Source of the DNA: a virus
Taxonomy: Duplodnaviria > Caudoviricetes
Reading direction: 5' to 3' (one strand)
DNA: 50,814 bases
IMG/VR virus record: IMGVR_UViG_3300032103_000336
Location: 1-50,814 of that record
Shown: piece by piece, positions 40,754-48,972 of the stretch
Numbering within the stretch: the first letter of the stretch is position 1
Layout of the letters: every line of letters starts with the position of its first letter
Notes under the pieces: generated by a model
Seen by the model: the letters and a program-made list of their open reading frames with translations, nothing else
The model's database searches: none
Told to the model about the DNA's origin: nothing
Made by a program: the position numbers and the translations under genes

Positions 40754-41047
40754 TTAGCCCTTAACAATAGCTGTAAAGTCAGACCAATCCTCTACCTTAA
40801 ACGCTCTAATATCCCTTACCGATTCCTTAAACCATTTGATCCGTGATAATTCTGAAATTGCCTTATAGACAAGCGTTAAGCCATTATTAGGGCTAGAAAG
40901 AGTATCAACAAGATAAAGAGACCCTTGCTTCCACTTAAAGCCTATTCCCTCTAAAACAACTCGTATCTCATCATAAGCTTTATTATAAGGTTCTCCGTAA
41001 AACTCTTTTAGTTTGGCAACTTCCATATCAAACGCTATGGCAAACAT
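40754..41047 (-). CDS. vapD: VapD family (Cas2-like fold) nuclease/toxin
   Basis: [42 protein letters not shown]. Confidence 0.92.
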   Translation of the reverse strand: MFAIAFDMEVAKLKEFYGEPYNKAYDEIRVVLEGIGFKWKQGSLYLVDTLSSPNNGLTLVYKAISELSRIKWFKESVRDIRAFKVEDWSDFTAIVKG

Positions 41048-41050
41048 TCT

Positions 41051-41590
41051 CTAACTCCTTAAATACCGATAAACACTACTCTTCGATAAACGATAATACC
41101 TCATTAAATCCTTAATTAATATGCCAGAACGCCGTTTTTCTTTAAGTTCCTTCACTTCATCATCTTTAAGTAAACACACGCTGCCCAGTTGTATTCCACG
41201 TCTCTTAGCCGCTTCTATACCCTCCCTTTGTCGCTCTTTACGCAACTCATTCTCAAATTGAGCTATGGCTCCAAGCATATTAAACAAAAGACGACCCGTT
41301 GAGGTACTGGTATCAATGTTCTGGTCAATAACCGTAAGAGGCACCCCTTTCCTTTGCAAAAGCTCTCCTATCTGGCATAAATGCAACGTAGAACGAGCTA
41401 AGCGATCTAAGCGGGTGATATATAAAACATCCCCTTCTCTTAAAAACTCTAAACAAGCCTGTAATTGAGGTCTTGAACTCAATGATCCCGTATACGTCTC
41501 TGAAAATACCTTCTCACAATGACTTAACTTACTTAACTGTGTGTCTAAAATTTGATCTCGTGTACTTACACGAGCATAACCCACTAACAT
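41051..41590 (-). CDS. Small serine recombinase (resolvase/invertase) with a C-terminal HTH
   Basis: MLVGYARVST, RLDRLARS, AIAQFE...ERQREGI, SKSSVYRYL. Start moved to ATG 41590. Confidence 0.95.
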   Translation of the reverse strand: MLVGYARVSTRDQILDTQLSKLSHCEKVFSETYTGSLSSRPQLQACLEFLREGDVLYITRLDRLARSTLHLCQIGELLQRKGVPLTVIDQNIDTSTSTGRLLFNMLGAIAQFENELRKERQREGIEAAKRRGIQLGSVCLLKDDEVKELKEKRRSGILIKDLMRYYRLSKSSVYRYLRS

Positions 41591-41650
41591 GTGTCCCAAA
41601 ATGTCTAAAACTTGTTGACACAAACCATAATGGAACATAAAGTGAGACAC
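41591..41650. promoter_or_regulatory. Probable res-like/autoregulatory site of the resolvase
   Basis: Clustered TGTC/GACA half-sites (GTGTCCC, TGTCTAAAACTTGTTGACA, GAGACAC) directly upstream of the start codon. Confidence 0.6.
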
Positions 41651-41682
41651 AATCTTTTTTTAATCAGAGGGGATACTCAGTA

Positions 41683-42234
41683 ATGCTCCACAAAATTAAA
41701 CTACTTGCTCTAATGGGGGCTTTAATCTTTTCTGTCGGAAATGCTGAAGGGATGGAGAATGAGGAAATAGAAAATTTAAAACCAGAACATTTTAAAAAAA
41801 TTTTAATAGACAAGAATTTTGAAAATATAGACTCTTTATTTTCAAATTTTAATAAAATAGAAAAGTTATTTAATGAAAATTATATAGGACTTTATAAAAT
41901 TAAAAACGAAGAAAAATTTTTATATAGCGTTGAATATTCATCAGACCCAGCATTGATTGATAAGTATTTATCTTCTTTTTTTAATCAAAAAAAATTTATA
42001 AGCTATATAGCTCAAGAATGCGTTTTTAAAGGAGGAATGATTAAAAAAATAAAAAATTATAATTTTATAGAAAAATTTATGTTTTTAGACGAAGATGAGA
42101 TTTTAAAAAAATATTTTTTGGAAAAAACCATAAAACTTTATTTTAAAAAAGGAAAAAATGCAAATGCTCTTTATTATGTTGGAGAAAAAGAGAATGATCT
42201 GAATTACCTCAAAACAATACTTATTGATTATTAA
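41683..42234 (+). CDS. Hypothetical secreted protein
   Basis: Signal-peptide-like MLHKIKLLALMGALIFSVGNAEG; very low GC; 3' end overlaps 42221..43990. Confidence 0.65.
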   Translation: MLHKIKLLALMGALIFSVGNAEGMENEEIENLKPEHFKKILIDKNFENIDSLFSNFNKIEKLFNENYIGLYKIKNEEKFLYSVEYSSDPALIDKYLSSFFNQKKFISYIAQECVFKGGMIKKIKNYNFIEKFMFLDEDEILKKYFLEKTIKLYFKKGKNANALYYVGEKENDLNYLKTILIDY

Positions 42235-43990
42235 ATCGATTATTATTGTAACCAATTTGGGAATGAGATCTCAGAGTTCTATTATTTGTATTTCCTCTTA
42301 TATCTTGATTTTGCGTTACTATCTGTCTTCCTCTCGGAGGATTAATAGAGGGAAAATTTATTCTTCCTTGTTGATTATTTTTATTAATTATTATTTTTTT
42401 TCCTTGATTAAAATTATTTTTTTCTAAATTTTTATCGTTAAAGAAATCCATTCCATAATATTTTAAGAAAGAACTCTTTTCTTTGTCTTCCTCAGATAAT
42501 TTTTCATAATATGCTTTTGTTTTATTTAAAACATCATTAAAAAAATTTAAGCTTGATATGGGATAATAATTTGAAAATTTTTCTTTTGAAGTTTTAGGTT
42601 TCTGATTCTTTTCTATACCAGAAAAATCAATGGGAAAACCTTTTTGAGGGTCATAATATTTTTTATCAGAAATAAAATTATAATGTAAATAGTTATGTCC
42701 TTTTGGTTGATATAAAAGAGATTGTATTTTATTATCTTGAGTGTTATATGCCCAATTAGATAATTTGTTAATTTTTTCTAAATTTTCTATATCATTAACA
42801 CTGTACAAAGAAGGTATTTTTCTTTTTTGTTTATCTCCAATTACCTCTCTGTAATGTTTGTCTAAAGAAGTATTAGCAATTAAACGATTTCTTATATTAT
42901 CCAAAGGAAAATTAATAGTATTTGGATTATTTCCAGGTAATTCCCAACTTTGCAAATTTCTTTGAAATGCACGTCTGGCAGCTTTTTTTGCCAAAGGATA
43001 AGCATATTCATCTTGATTTGCTAATGCTTTTTTATCAATATTGTTTAAAATATTTCCATAAGTAGCAACACCACAACTCAAGCTATTTTTTTTAGGGTTT
43101 CCTTTTGAATCAATATAATTACCTAATTGAGTGACAATTTTATCTTTATATTTATTATATAAATCATTAAATATTGGTTCTGGTATGGGTTGAAAGCCTT
43201 TTATATTCTTGTTTTTATAAGCCTCTCTATCATCTATCTTTCTTGAATTTATTTCATTTAAATCATTATTAATAATATTTAAAAACTGTCTTTCGTTCTC
43301 AGAACTACTTAATTGTAACTCATCATTTAATTCAATATTTTGTTGAGGTGGTAATTGTCTATTAGCTATAAAACTACTTATTGGTCTAATCCTAAAATTA
43401 GCCAAATCTCTCCCCTGTCTATTTCCTGCAAGTAAATCATTTGGTGGTGGTAGTATACTTTTCTGTTGAGCTTGTTGATTCACTTGTCTTTGATTATATT
43501 GTTGTATTGTACTTACCCCATCATTTCCCAAACAATCATCACAAATATAGCTATCATCATCTTTTGATTCTTCCCCACCTTCTTTTCCACACACATTACA
43601 CTTTGCATACTCCCTCAACCCTGTATTTGGATTAATTTGTTTTCTTCCGTGATGGATTATGTGATCGAGTAGCTCAGCAAAGCTACGGGGTACGAGAACC
43701 ATTTCGGTATCGCCGCCACGTCCCATCTCACGGATCTTGTCGAAGATATTCCGCTGCTTCGGCTTGCGCTTCAGAAAGTCTGGTATCGTTACATTAGCGT
43801 TGCCGTAGGTGTGAATCGGCGTGCCCTTAATATCACGATGATGCCCTAAAATGCGGTCTAGGGCGCTCACCTCACCCTTATTCATGTGCACTAGCTCTTG
43901 TTTCTGTTTTGCCCGCCTAGCCCCAGCATTTGCCGCTCTAAGCCGTGCCTTATACCCTTCCAACATCTCTAAAAATGTAGGCTTCTTCAT
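42221..43990 (-). CDS. Mosaic protein: virion-type leader, Cys4 zinc knuckle and putative papain-fold (C39/Tox-PL-like) domain
   Basis: LVHMN..E...GR.GDTE.V...INPNTGLREY; CxxC...CxxC; SCGVATYGNIL...LHYNF...YYDPQKG. Confidence 0.65.
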   Translation of the reverse strand: MKKPTFLEMLEGYKARLRAANAGARRAKQKQELVHMNKGEVSALDRILGHHRDIKGTPIHTYGNANVTIPDFLKRKPKQRNIFDKIREMGRGGDTEMVLVPRSFAELLDHIIHHGRKQINPNTGLREYAKCNVCGKEGGEESKDDDSYICDDCLGNDGVSTIQQYNQRQVNQQAQQKSILPPPNDLLAGNRQGRDLANFRIRPISSFIANRQLPPQQNIELNDELQLSSSENERQFLNIINNDLNEINSRKIDDREAYKNKNIKGFQPIPEPIFNDLYNKYKDKIVTQLGNYIDSKGNPKKNSLSCGVATYGNILNNIDKKALANQDEYAYPLAKKAARRAFQRNLQSWELPGNNPNTINFPLDNIRNRLIANTSLDKHYREVIGDKQKRKIPSLYSVNDIENLEKINKLSNWAYNTQDNKIQSLLYQPKGHNYLHYNFISDKKYYDPQKGFPIDFSGIEKNQKPKTSKEKFSNYYPISSLNFFNDVLNKTKAYYEKLSEEDKEKSSFLKYYGMDFFNDKNLEKNNFNQGKKIIINKNNQQGRINFPSINPPRGRQIVTQNQDIRGNTNNRTLRSHSQIGYNNNRFNNQ

Positions 43991-44023
43991 TTTGTTTTTT
44001 TATTTATTGCCATTCAAAAATCT

Positions 44024-44089
44024 ATTATACCACAAAAATTGAGACTTTGCCTAAAAATTCATCACTCATCGTGATTAAAAAATAATCAC
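44024..44089 (-). promoter_or_regulatory. Extended -10 promoter and palindromic operator for 42221..43990
   Basis: TGGTATAAT on the - strand (44032-44024); GTGATTA-5-TAATCAC at 44071-44089. Confidence 0.5.
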
Positions 44090-44141
44090 ATCCATGCTAT
44101 CCTGTTCCAAAAGGTTGGGGGCTCAAAGGGGGAAGGGGGAA

Positions 44142-44765
44142 TTAGTAAGAATCTAACACATCCTTTTTATTTTTCAAAATATCGTTAACCATATACTTAC
44201 AGCTTTCCTTTTTTAAATACTCGTTTCTTTCTTCACTGTTCTTCTTAAAAACAAAGCTATTACGTCGATAAAATCGCCTAAAAGTATTTTCAGAAACTCC
44301 AGAACGTTCAGTGGGATCTAATAAAAATTCTCGGTCGCCTCTAAACTTTAACTTCCCATTGGAAATAGAATAAATTGAAATAAGGAGAGAAGCTTCTATT
44401 TTATTTTTAACAGGTATCACGACATTAAGGCGTTTCAAGCTTTCCCATTGAGAAAAGCTAACTGCCTCTTTAATCCATTTTTCTTTTTTATATACAGGGC
44501 CACTTTCTTCCTTTAACGCTTTTTCAATCCTTAAAAAATGTTTGTTTAATTTTCCTTGGATAAAGGGATTAGACCACAAATTTTGCACATCAAAAACAAC
44601 ACTTTCATGGGTTATTCGTCTAACCAATCGGACGGGATGACAATTAATAACGTAGACCGAACGGAATCCTCCTGTTAAACAAAATTGGCCAACTTCAAAC
44701 CAATAAAATTTAGATTCTGCTTTAAATTTATCCAGTAAGCTCTTATCGGATTCTTTTAATACCAT
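44142..44765 (-). CDS. Hypothetical protein downstream of Rep, possible C-terminal HTH
   Basis: Start moved to MVLKES (ATG 44765) to remove the overlap; SGVSENTFRRFY. Confidence 0.55.
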   Translation of the reverse strand: MVLKESDKSLLDKFKAESKFYWFEVGQFCLTGGFRSVYVINCHPVRLVRRITHESVVFDVQNLWSNPFIQGKLNKHFLRIEKALKEESGPVYKKEKWIKEAVSFSQWESLKRLNVVIPVKNKIEASLLISIYSISNGKLKFRGDREFLLDPTERSGVSENTFRRFYRRNSFVFKKNSEERNEYLKKESCKYMVNDILKNKKDVLDSY

Positions 44766-44769
44766 TTTT

Positions 44770-46302
44770 TTAAGCCTTTTTAATTTTAGAGACATCCAGC
44801 CCTTTATTTCTGTAGGGTTTGCGCTTGAAGTATGTTTCAAAGTACTTTTCAAACGCTTGTTCAAGTTCTGTATAGAAACGCCGTTGTACGTTGTCCCTTC
44901 TAAAAGGATGAGCTTCTATATGTAAAAACTCTTCTTCTAAAGGGCGCCCGTCATACATAAACGGAATTATTTCTACTTTGAAGGTAATATTTTTATCCAC
45001 AAACCAACTAATGTATTCTGCTATGCGGTCATTCTGTTTGAAAAGTGAGTAAAGTTCTTTTTTAAACCAGCCGTCGAAGGTGAATGCGTCTTGCTTATTG
45101 GCGTAATCTTCGGCGACGGAATCAGGTATACGTTCATAGCTTTCTTGTGTTGCCTGCTCTTGCTTTTTGTATTTAGAATAGTCGGTCGCTGGATCATTAA
45201 CAAAAGTCGGCTTTGGCGTAAAATAACTGGTTTTACTTTTCCAGGCTTCTATCGTTTCTTTCTTTAAAAACAACTTGGCATTAAATTCAAATAAACCCCC
45301 ATCTTTTTTTGCCTTACGACCCATTAATAAATCATTCTTGGCCAAGGCCTCACAATAGCTTTTAAAGTCTTGAAAAGAATTGAAACTTAGGATTATTTCT
45401 TCTAGGTAAGAGCTATTAATCAATTGATGTTCGTCAAAGATGCCTTTCTTGGCATGATTTTGATAAACAATTGTCCGAAAGGTATTGCAGAAATCTTGTT
45501 TGTCTTTCAAAGAAGAAGGAGAAACTTTTTCAAGAACGGGTTGTTTAAAAATAGCGACTGGTTGTTGCTCTTTGGAAACTTTCTGTGGTATCCATCCTCC
45601 GTTAGGGCCAACGACAAAGTGCTGTACTTCTTCTTGATCAAGTTCTTTTTCAAAGCCAGAAATCAGAAGATCATGGTCAGAATCAGCCTCAGAATTTATT
45701 TTGTCGGATGGATTGACTTTTGTTGAAAAATCTGCTACCCTTTGATCATTGATCAGTTGATCAAGATCAGAACCCTTTGGGGCAGGATTTTTAAGGATAC
45801 CCCTTTGAATACTTTCTATTGACTCATCTTTACTTCCCTCTATTTCATCTATTCCAAAAAAATCAATTTTTTCAATTTTTATTTTAGAATTATTTAACGA
45901 ATACTCATTCGCTGGTCGGTCGCTGCCTATTTTTTGGGCATTTTTTTGTGCCGTTTGGTCGTTCCGTTCCGTTTGCGGAACAATAACTTTAAAAAAGTTA
46001 TCATAAAAAATAAAAATAATTTCAGAAGAAACTTTTGAAACGCTTGAATCAACCAAACCAAGAGCCTCAAGATTATTTCGGTAATTACGAAGTGTGCGAG
46101 ACTCCCCAATATTAAGAGAATCCAGGATATCTTTTTCTTTTAAGGCCAGTACGCTACTTTCCTCTTTCTTCCATTCTTGATAAAGCAATGCACATAGCTG
46201 GGCGGTACCTTTCGCTCTCTCAACCTGCTTAGATTCCAGAAACTTTCTGAACGTCTCTTCGATAACAGAGAGCTCTAAATTGACTAACGCTTTCTCTAAC
46301 AT
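44770..46302 (-). CDS. Replication initiator-like protein (wHTH with a C-terminal DnaA_N-like domain)
   Basis: LNIGESRTLRNYRNNLEALGLV; ND.LMGRK; EYISWF...PFRRDNVQRRFYTELEQAF. Confidence 0.65.
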   Translation of the reverse strand: MLEKALVNLELSVIEETFRKFLESKQVERAKGTAQLCALLYQEWKKEESSVLALKEKDILDSLNIGESRTLRNYRNNLEALGLVDSSVSKVSSEIIFIFYDNFFKVIVPQTERNDQTAQKNAQKIGSDRPANEYSLNNSKIKIEKIDFFGIDEIEGSKDESIESIQRGILKNPAPKGSDLDQLINDQRVADFSTKVNPSDKINSEADSDHDLLISGFEKELDQEEVQHFVVGPNGGWIPQKVSKEQQPVAIFKQPVLEKVSPSSLKDKQDFCNTFRTIVYQNHAKKGIFDEHQLINSSYLEEIILSFNSFQDFKSYCEALAKNDLLMGRKAKKDGGLFEFNAKLFLKKETIEAWKSKTSYFTPKPTFVNDPATDYSKYKKQEQATQESYERIPDSVAEDYANKQDAFTFDGWFKKELYSLFKQNDRIAEYISWFVDKNITFKVEIIPFMYDGRPLEEEFLHIEAHPFRRDNVQRRFYTELEQAFEKYFETYFKRKPYRNKGLDVSKIKKA

Positions 46303-46305
46303 GGT

Positions 46306-46626
46306 TTAAGCTCTCCCTTCTTTATAATACTGGTTAAAAAAGGTTAAGAGCGGCTGCTCGAGACAAAAGGAGCTCTTGTCTTGCCGTGTAAACGAAATCA
46401 GCCCAGTCCAGGAAAGAAAAGAAAGAGCGTCAGTTAGTTCTTTAGCAAAGGGGGGCCATTCTTTCTTTAATGTGCTGACAGAATAACCTAGAGAACAGTT
46501 AGGCGTATAATGACGGCTCAGCAGAAATAAAAGACGGGCTGAATAGTCAAGGTTAAAGGCTTTAGCTGAACCTTCTTTAAAGTTATTTTTTAAAAAATTC
46601 TCTAACTCGATTACGGAACACAACAT
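46306..46626 (-). CDS. Hypothetical protein, possibly winged-helix
   Basis: ATG 46626 with a GGAG RBS; AL.FL...GLI pattern. Confidence 0.55.
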   Translation of the reverse strand: MLCSVIELENFLKNNFKEGSAKAFNLDYSARLLFLLSRHYTPNCSLGYSVSTLKKEWPPFAKELTDALSFLSWTGLISFTRQDKSSFCLEQPLLTFFNQYYKEGRA

Positions 46627-46680
46627 GGTGAAAACTCCATTAAACAAACAATGGAGCGTTTATAACACCAGGTGGGGGGG

Positions 46681-46798
46681 TGGCGGTAAGATGGCGGATT
46701 CAAAAAAAATCACTTTTTTTTAAAGTCTTGTAACCCTATGTAAATAAGGGGTTTTAGGGGGTGGCGGAGGGTGGCGGAAAATAGGCCTAGGGTGGCGG
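46681..46798 (+). repeat. Five TGGCGG direct repeats (iteron/operator-like)
   Basis: TGGCGG at 46681, 46692, 46762, 46772 and 46793. Confidence 0.8.
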
Positions 46799-46882
46799 AT
46801 CTTTCAACAAAATAAGAAATTATTGACCACCCTTTCTAATTCACCTACGATCTTTTTAATTCTCTCTGAAAAATACTTAGAT

Positions 46883-47764
46883 ATGTTTAGTGTTTATGAA
46901 TTAGCTATTCTTGAAAAACTCAACGAACTAAAAAGTAAAAAAGAAACCGCCCTATTTTTCGGTATTCCGAGAACAACTCTCAGGGAAAAACTTGAGATAA
47001 TGGAAAACCGATTCGGAAAAAAATTATTATCTCAACTAAACGATCAAGAAGGCACAACGCTTACAAAACAAGCTTTTAACCTTGTAGAAGGAATTAAAAA
47101 CTATTCTAACAATCTCATTAAAGAAAACATAAATAATGTCGTTAATTTTTACACGACTAATAGATTCTGCTCCTTTCTCTCCGAAAAAGGCATCTTAGCT
47201 TACTTAACACGATTGTTTGGCATCAAAATAACCCTTACGTGTGATGAAGAAGAAAGTCAAAACGCAGACCTTAAATTAGTCTGTTACAACAATGGGGATG
47301 GGAAATATATCCAAGAAAGTTTAGTTCCCTTAGAATACGGAATTTATGCTCATCAAGACTATTTAAAAGAGATTAATCCAGATTCTTATCCTTCAACGGA
47401 AACGCTTTTTTTATACGATATAGCTATTTTTTCAAACAAAAATACCCGTCTTTACCCCAATTCCTTAAATATTCCTAACACACTTCCTTTAGAGGCTTTC
47501 AATTTTGTCTACCACGCTAATAATTATGATTATTTAAGCCATTTACTGAACAACAAACAAGCGCTTGTGGTTTTGTCAAAGGGAACATTTTTGTTCGGAA
47601 TCGCACAATCTCCTGAGATTACAGAAGTTCTGAAAGAGTTTCCAATCCCCTCCTTAACTTTGTTTGCTCATGTTAGAAAAACAAACTCGAGTGAGAGACA
47701 ACGCTTATTAAAAGAGATTGCTTCAGAAATTAGAAGAGAGTTATTAAAAGAATTTTATCCTTAA
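46883..47764 (+). CDS. Divergent LysR-family transcriptional regulator
   Basis: S..ETA.FFGIPRTTLREKL..ME.RFG.KL...LT; about 290 aa; ATG 46883 preferred as start. Confidence 0.75.
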   Translation: MFSVYELAILEKLNELKSKKETALFFGIPRTTLREKLEIMENRFGKKLLSQLNDQEGTTLTKQAFNLVEGIKNYSNNLIKENINNVVNFYTTNRFCSFLSEKGILAYLTRLFGIKITLTCDEEESQNADLKLVCYNNGDGKYIQESLVPLEYGIYAHQDYLKEINPDSYPSTETLFLYDIAIFSNKNTRLYPNSLNIPNTLPLEAFNFVYHANNYDYLSHLLNNKQALVVLSKGTFLFGIAQSPEITEVLKEFPIPSLTLFAHVRKTNSSERQRLLKEIASEIRRELLKEFYP

Positions 47765-48021
47765 CCAAACAACAAACACGCCAAAAAAAGCAATAGCGCC
47801 TGTAATAGAGAAATAATATATTTAATGTTCAAGGACATCGAACGTAACTCATAATACGCTATAAACGACGATAAACACGTTAATACCATAAAGACACAAA
47901 ATAAAATACTGAGATCTTTAGCGGATTGCGTCCAGTAGCTTTTAAACACCTGAAAAAATAATGAAAGGTTTGAAAATAACGGAGCTAAAATGAGAAAGGT
48001 GTTTTTGAAAGATGAACGCAT
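47761..48021 (-). CDS. SemiSWEET/PQ-loop-like 3-TM membrane protein
   Basis: FFQVFKSYWTQSAKDLS plus three TM helices. Confidence 0.72.
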   Translation of the reverse strand: MRSSFKNTFLILAPLFSNLSLFFQVFKSYWTQSAKDLSILFCVFMVLTCLSSFIAYYELRSMSLNIKYIISLLQALLLFLACLLFG

Positions 48022-48146
48022 AATGTTGTGATAGAAATCTAAATTTTATGATGACCACTATTATTAAACACTACCACAACATTTTTTTATACTGTTTTTT
48101 TCTAGGCAATAACCCAATTATTTAAGAAAATAAAGGGAATTTGTCG

Positions 48147-48367
48147 GGAAACGCTGGAAAAGCCACTGGAAAATTTACAGGAAATGAAATTGGTTGCACT
48201 GGAAATGTTGGAAAACTCTTCATATTAACTTCTCCTATTAATGTTGATTAAATTAACCTTCTGAAAGGTTAGATAAACTTTTAGCAAAAATAATACCTTT
48301 AGCACAATTGTTATTTTTGCATTGAACCATTGCATAAAATGCAACAGTTCACAGTTTCTGTGGATAA
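48147..48367. promoter_or_regulatory. Candidate replication origin: six GGAAA boxes, a 25-bp palindrome and a consensus DnaA box
   Basis: GGAAA at 48147, 48156, 48168, 48180, 48201 and 48210; palindrome 48325-48349; TGTGGATAA at 48359-48367. Confidence 0.45.
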
Positions 48368-48447
48368 ATCGTGTACAAGAAACCGCCCAGTCTCTCTTTT
48401 GTTGATCTTTAACGCAAATGATTATTTTTTAGGCAGCCCTTCAGTGT

Positions 48448-48732
48448 CTATCTTTTAGATTTATTTTCTACACAATCCCTTAGCTTTTTCATATGCATCT
48501 CCCATTTTTCTATATGTTCTTTTTCCTCTTTTTCTTTTTTTTCAAAATTAGCATCCAACTCTTGTATTCTCTCGTGTTCTAAACGGAGTTTTTCGATTTC
48601 CTCGGGGTGAAGCCAATAGTTTTCGTTAATAGCCTTATTTGCCAATCCTTTCTTAAAATCGTCAAAAACGCTCCATTTTACTACCGTCCAAAAACTGGGT
48701 GGTACATCTTCTTTTTTTAAAAATTTATTCAT
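48448..48732 (-). CDS. Hypothetical protein, paralogue of 48972..49193
   Basis: 14/41 ungapped identities by hand; AAGGAG RBS. Confidence 0.7.
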   Translation of the reverse strand: MNKFLKKEDVPPSFWTVVKWSVFDDFKKGLANKAINENYWLHPEEIEKLRLEHERIQELDANFEKKEKEEKEHIEKWEMHMKKLRDCVENKSKR

Positions 48733-48741
48733 TCTTTCTCC

Positions 48742-48972
48742 TTACTTCCTCAATTCTAAAAACTTTTCAAACAACCGCTCCCATTTGGAATCCATATGCC
48801 TTATTTCTTCACGGATTAGATTCTGATCCTCTCGTATTATTTTTATATCCTCTCGGTGACGGTCTTCTTGCCGTTTTTGATCCTCTCGGTTCCGTGAATC
48901 CATCCACCGAACAGAACCTAAAACTGTTACAATCACGGGGATTGTGATTCCTAAAATGTTCCCTATATCCAT
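48742..48972 (-). CDS. Single-TM/coiled-coil protein, RHRED paralogue family
   Basis: TM, RHREDIK, MDSKWERLFEKF. Confidence 0.8.
   Translation of the reverse strand: MDIGNILGITIPVIVTVLGSVRWMDSRNREDQKRQEDRHREDIKIIREDQNLIREEIRHMDSKWERLFEKFLELRK

Noticed and set aside
40546-41047. CRISPR-Cas (33-bp repeats next to a Cas2-like gene)
   Set aside because: The repeats are contiguous, in-frame and have no spacers. The gene is VapD and there are no other cas genes.
41051-41650. Serine integrase or Tn3 transposon
   Set aside because: At about 179 aa it has only the catalytic and HTH domains. There is no large recombinase domain, transposase or Tn3-type end repeat.
44993-45001. DnaA boxes TTATCCACA at 44993 and about 27229
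   Set aside because: These are single matches within or at the start of coding sequence and are plausible by chance in AT-rich DNA.
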